A stretch of DNA of 64,000 nt. Origin: an uncultured Chthonomonadaceae bacterium (GTDB taxonomy: Bacteria > Armatimonadota > Chthonomonadetes > Chthonomonadales > Chthonomonadaceae). Positions within the stretch are counted from its first letter, which is position 1; every line of letters begins with the position of its first letter. The stretch spans positions 128,001-192,000 of the forward strand of contig CAWIEK010000053.1 of the NCBI GenBank assembly GCA_963835065.1, written 5' to 3'. Made by a program: the position numbers and the translations under genes. This document shows positions 62,663-64,000 of this stretch, in pieces. The notes under the pieces are model-generated. The model searched no databases and was not told the origin of the DNA. It saw nothing but the letters and a program-made list of their open reading frames with translations.

Positions 62663-63406
62663 TTATTTTTGGTCATAGCCGGTCAGCGGGCGAACCCAGA
62701 TGTTGCGGAAGCGGACGAGGTCGCCGTGATCCTGCAGGCGGAGCGGGCCAATGGGCGGATGCGAACCTTTGGGCGCAAGATTGCGGTGCTGCGTAGGTCC
62801 TTGAAGCGGTGTGGCGTGGTGCAGGACAACGCCGTTGAGCAGCACGGTGACAACGCCGGGATGTTTCAACTCTTCGCCTTCAAAGCGGGGCGCGCTCCAC
62901 AGAATGTCATACGTCTGCCATTCGCCGGGCTTGCGGCAGGCGTTGACAAGGGGCGGATACTGCCCGTACAGCGCGCCCGTCGTGCCGTCCGCATACGTGG
63001 GGTTGTCATAGCAGTCCAAAACCTGAATTTCGTAGAGTCCCATCAGGAACACGCCGCTGTTGCCCCGCCCCTGACTGTCACCCTTGACGACGGACGGCGC
63101 GGCCCATTCCAGATGCAGTTGGCAATCGCCGAACTCCTGCGCGGTTTGTATGTCTCCGGTTCCGGGTACGACTTCCATAGAGCCATTTTCCACTTTCCAT
63201 GCTGCCGGCCCGCCTTTTACGGCGGTCCAGCCCGACAAATCGGTTCCACCAAACAAAACAACGGCATCGGACGGCGGCTGTCCGGGCGTTTCAGGCGTAC
63301 TTGCGGTTCCCGGCTGAATGATGCGCGGCTGCGGGCGCGTACTATCGTGTACCCTGTACGGCATTCCGGGGATCATGGGCGTATCATCGTATCCAAGAGT
63401 AGGCAT
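62663..63406 (-). CDS. DUF1080 (3-keto-disaccharide hydrolase family) protein
   Basis: RBS aaggag; LFGGTDLSGW, GNSGVF, YEIQVLD, LQDHG..VRFRNIW. Confidence 0.88.
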   Translation of the reverse strand: MPTLGYDDTPMIPGMPYRVHDSTRPQPRIIQPGTASTPETPGQPPSDAVVLFGGTDLSGWTAVKGGPAAWKVENGSMEVVPGTGDIQTAQEFGDCQLHLEWAAPSVVKGDSQGRGNSGVFLMGLYEIQVLDCYDNPTYADGTTGALYGQYPPLVNACRKPGEWQTYDILWSAPRFEGEELKHPGVVTVLLNGVVLHHATPLQGPTQHRNLAPKGSHPPIGPLRLQDHGDLVRFRNIWVRPLTGYDQK

Positions 63407-63696
63407 GGTCAAGGCTCCTTTTAGTACATTGGGGTTGGGTATTCGGTGTTCGGTATTCGGTGTTTGGTGCTTATTTCGCATGGAACGCGAAAATGCCTGC
63501 TTCTGAAAATACTTTTTCCGAGGTTGGCAGTAAAAGAGAGAGAAGGAACTGGCGGAATCGTGGTGAATATCTACCTGCCGGATGTGTTCGCTCTCGACAT
63601 TCACCCGGTTAATGGCATTGCGCGTCGCCGCAACGCAACAGGCTTATGAAGAATGAGGCGACTGGCAGTGTCCGCGCCTATCGAAAGTAAAACACT

Positions 63697-64000
63697 ATGC
63701 AAATGCTGACGATACCGAACACAAACCTGACCGTTTCTATGCTTTCTCTGGGCGCGGGCGGATTGGGAACGCGCACTTCGGCGGATGATTCCATGCGCCT
63801 GCTCGACGCTTATGTGGAAATGGGAGGCAATTTTCTGGACAGCGCCCATATCTACGCGGCGTGGGTTCCCGGCGGCGAAGGCGCGAGCGAGCGTACCATC
63901 GGCAAGTGGCTGCAAACGCGGGGAAGTCGTTCGCAGGTCGTGATTGGAACAAAGGGCGGGCATCCGCACATGGACACGATGCACATTTCGCGCCTGTCAC
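63697..64000 (+). CDS. Aldo/keto reductase (3' end outside window; absent from ORF track)
   Basis: GGNFLDSAHIY, SERTIGKWL, VVIGTKGG. Confidence 0.88.
   Translation, partial: MQMLTIPNTNLTVSMLSLGAGGLGTRTSADDSMRLLDAYVEMGGNFLDSAHIYAAWVPGGEGASERTIGKWLQTRGSRSQVVIGTKGGHPHMDTMHISRLS

Noticed and set aside
1..64000. tRNA, rRNA, known riboswitches, transposases, cas genes
   Set aside because: None recognised by eye; tRNAscan and Infernal were not run

Overview
GC-rich bacterial chromosome segment. The gene mix (PEP-CTERM proteins, planctomycete-type cytochrome/DUF1549-1553 and DUF1592/DUF1552 genes, hpnC/D/E squalene genes, eukaryote-like GlyRS) resembles Armatimonadota or PVC-like bacteria; this is inference, not a search result. 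It holds about 50 CDS, roughly ten split by single-base frameshifts that look like read errors. No rRNA, tRNA, cas or transposase genes were seen. Three lower-GC accessory zones stand out: about 7.3-9.9 kb (consensus promoter, orphan ORF and a run of toxin-less antitoxin fragments), about 27.7-33.4 kb (SARP/NB-ARC/TPR regulator, PEP-CTERM, collagen-like protein) and about 52.9-57.6 kb (decayed defence island with a multi-TM protein in frame with a TIR domain, N6 methylase and vapBC). Best leads: (1) a ~7TM-TIR reading frame broken by one TGA; (2) a poly-antitoxin array bounded by covarying hairpin repeats; (3) a 143-nt element present twice, 36 kb apart, behind a conserved ECF-type promoter; (4) an inverted-repeat-bounded single-gene cassette inside hpnC-hpnD; (5) a two-repeat mini-CRISPR-like unit; (6) an acetate kinase with an altered adenosine-binding loop. 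Family assignments come from motif recognition by eye and need HMM confirmation.
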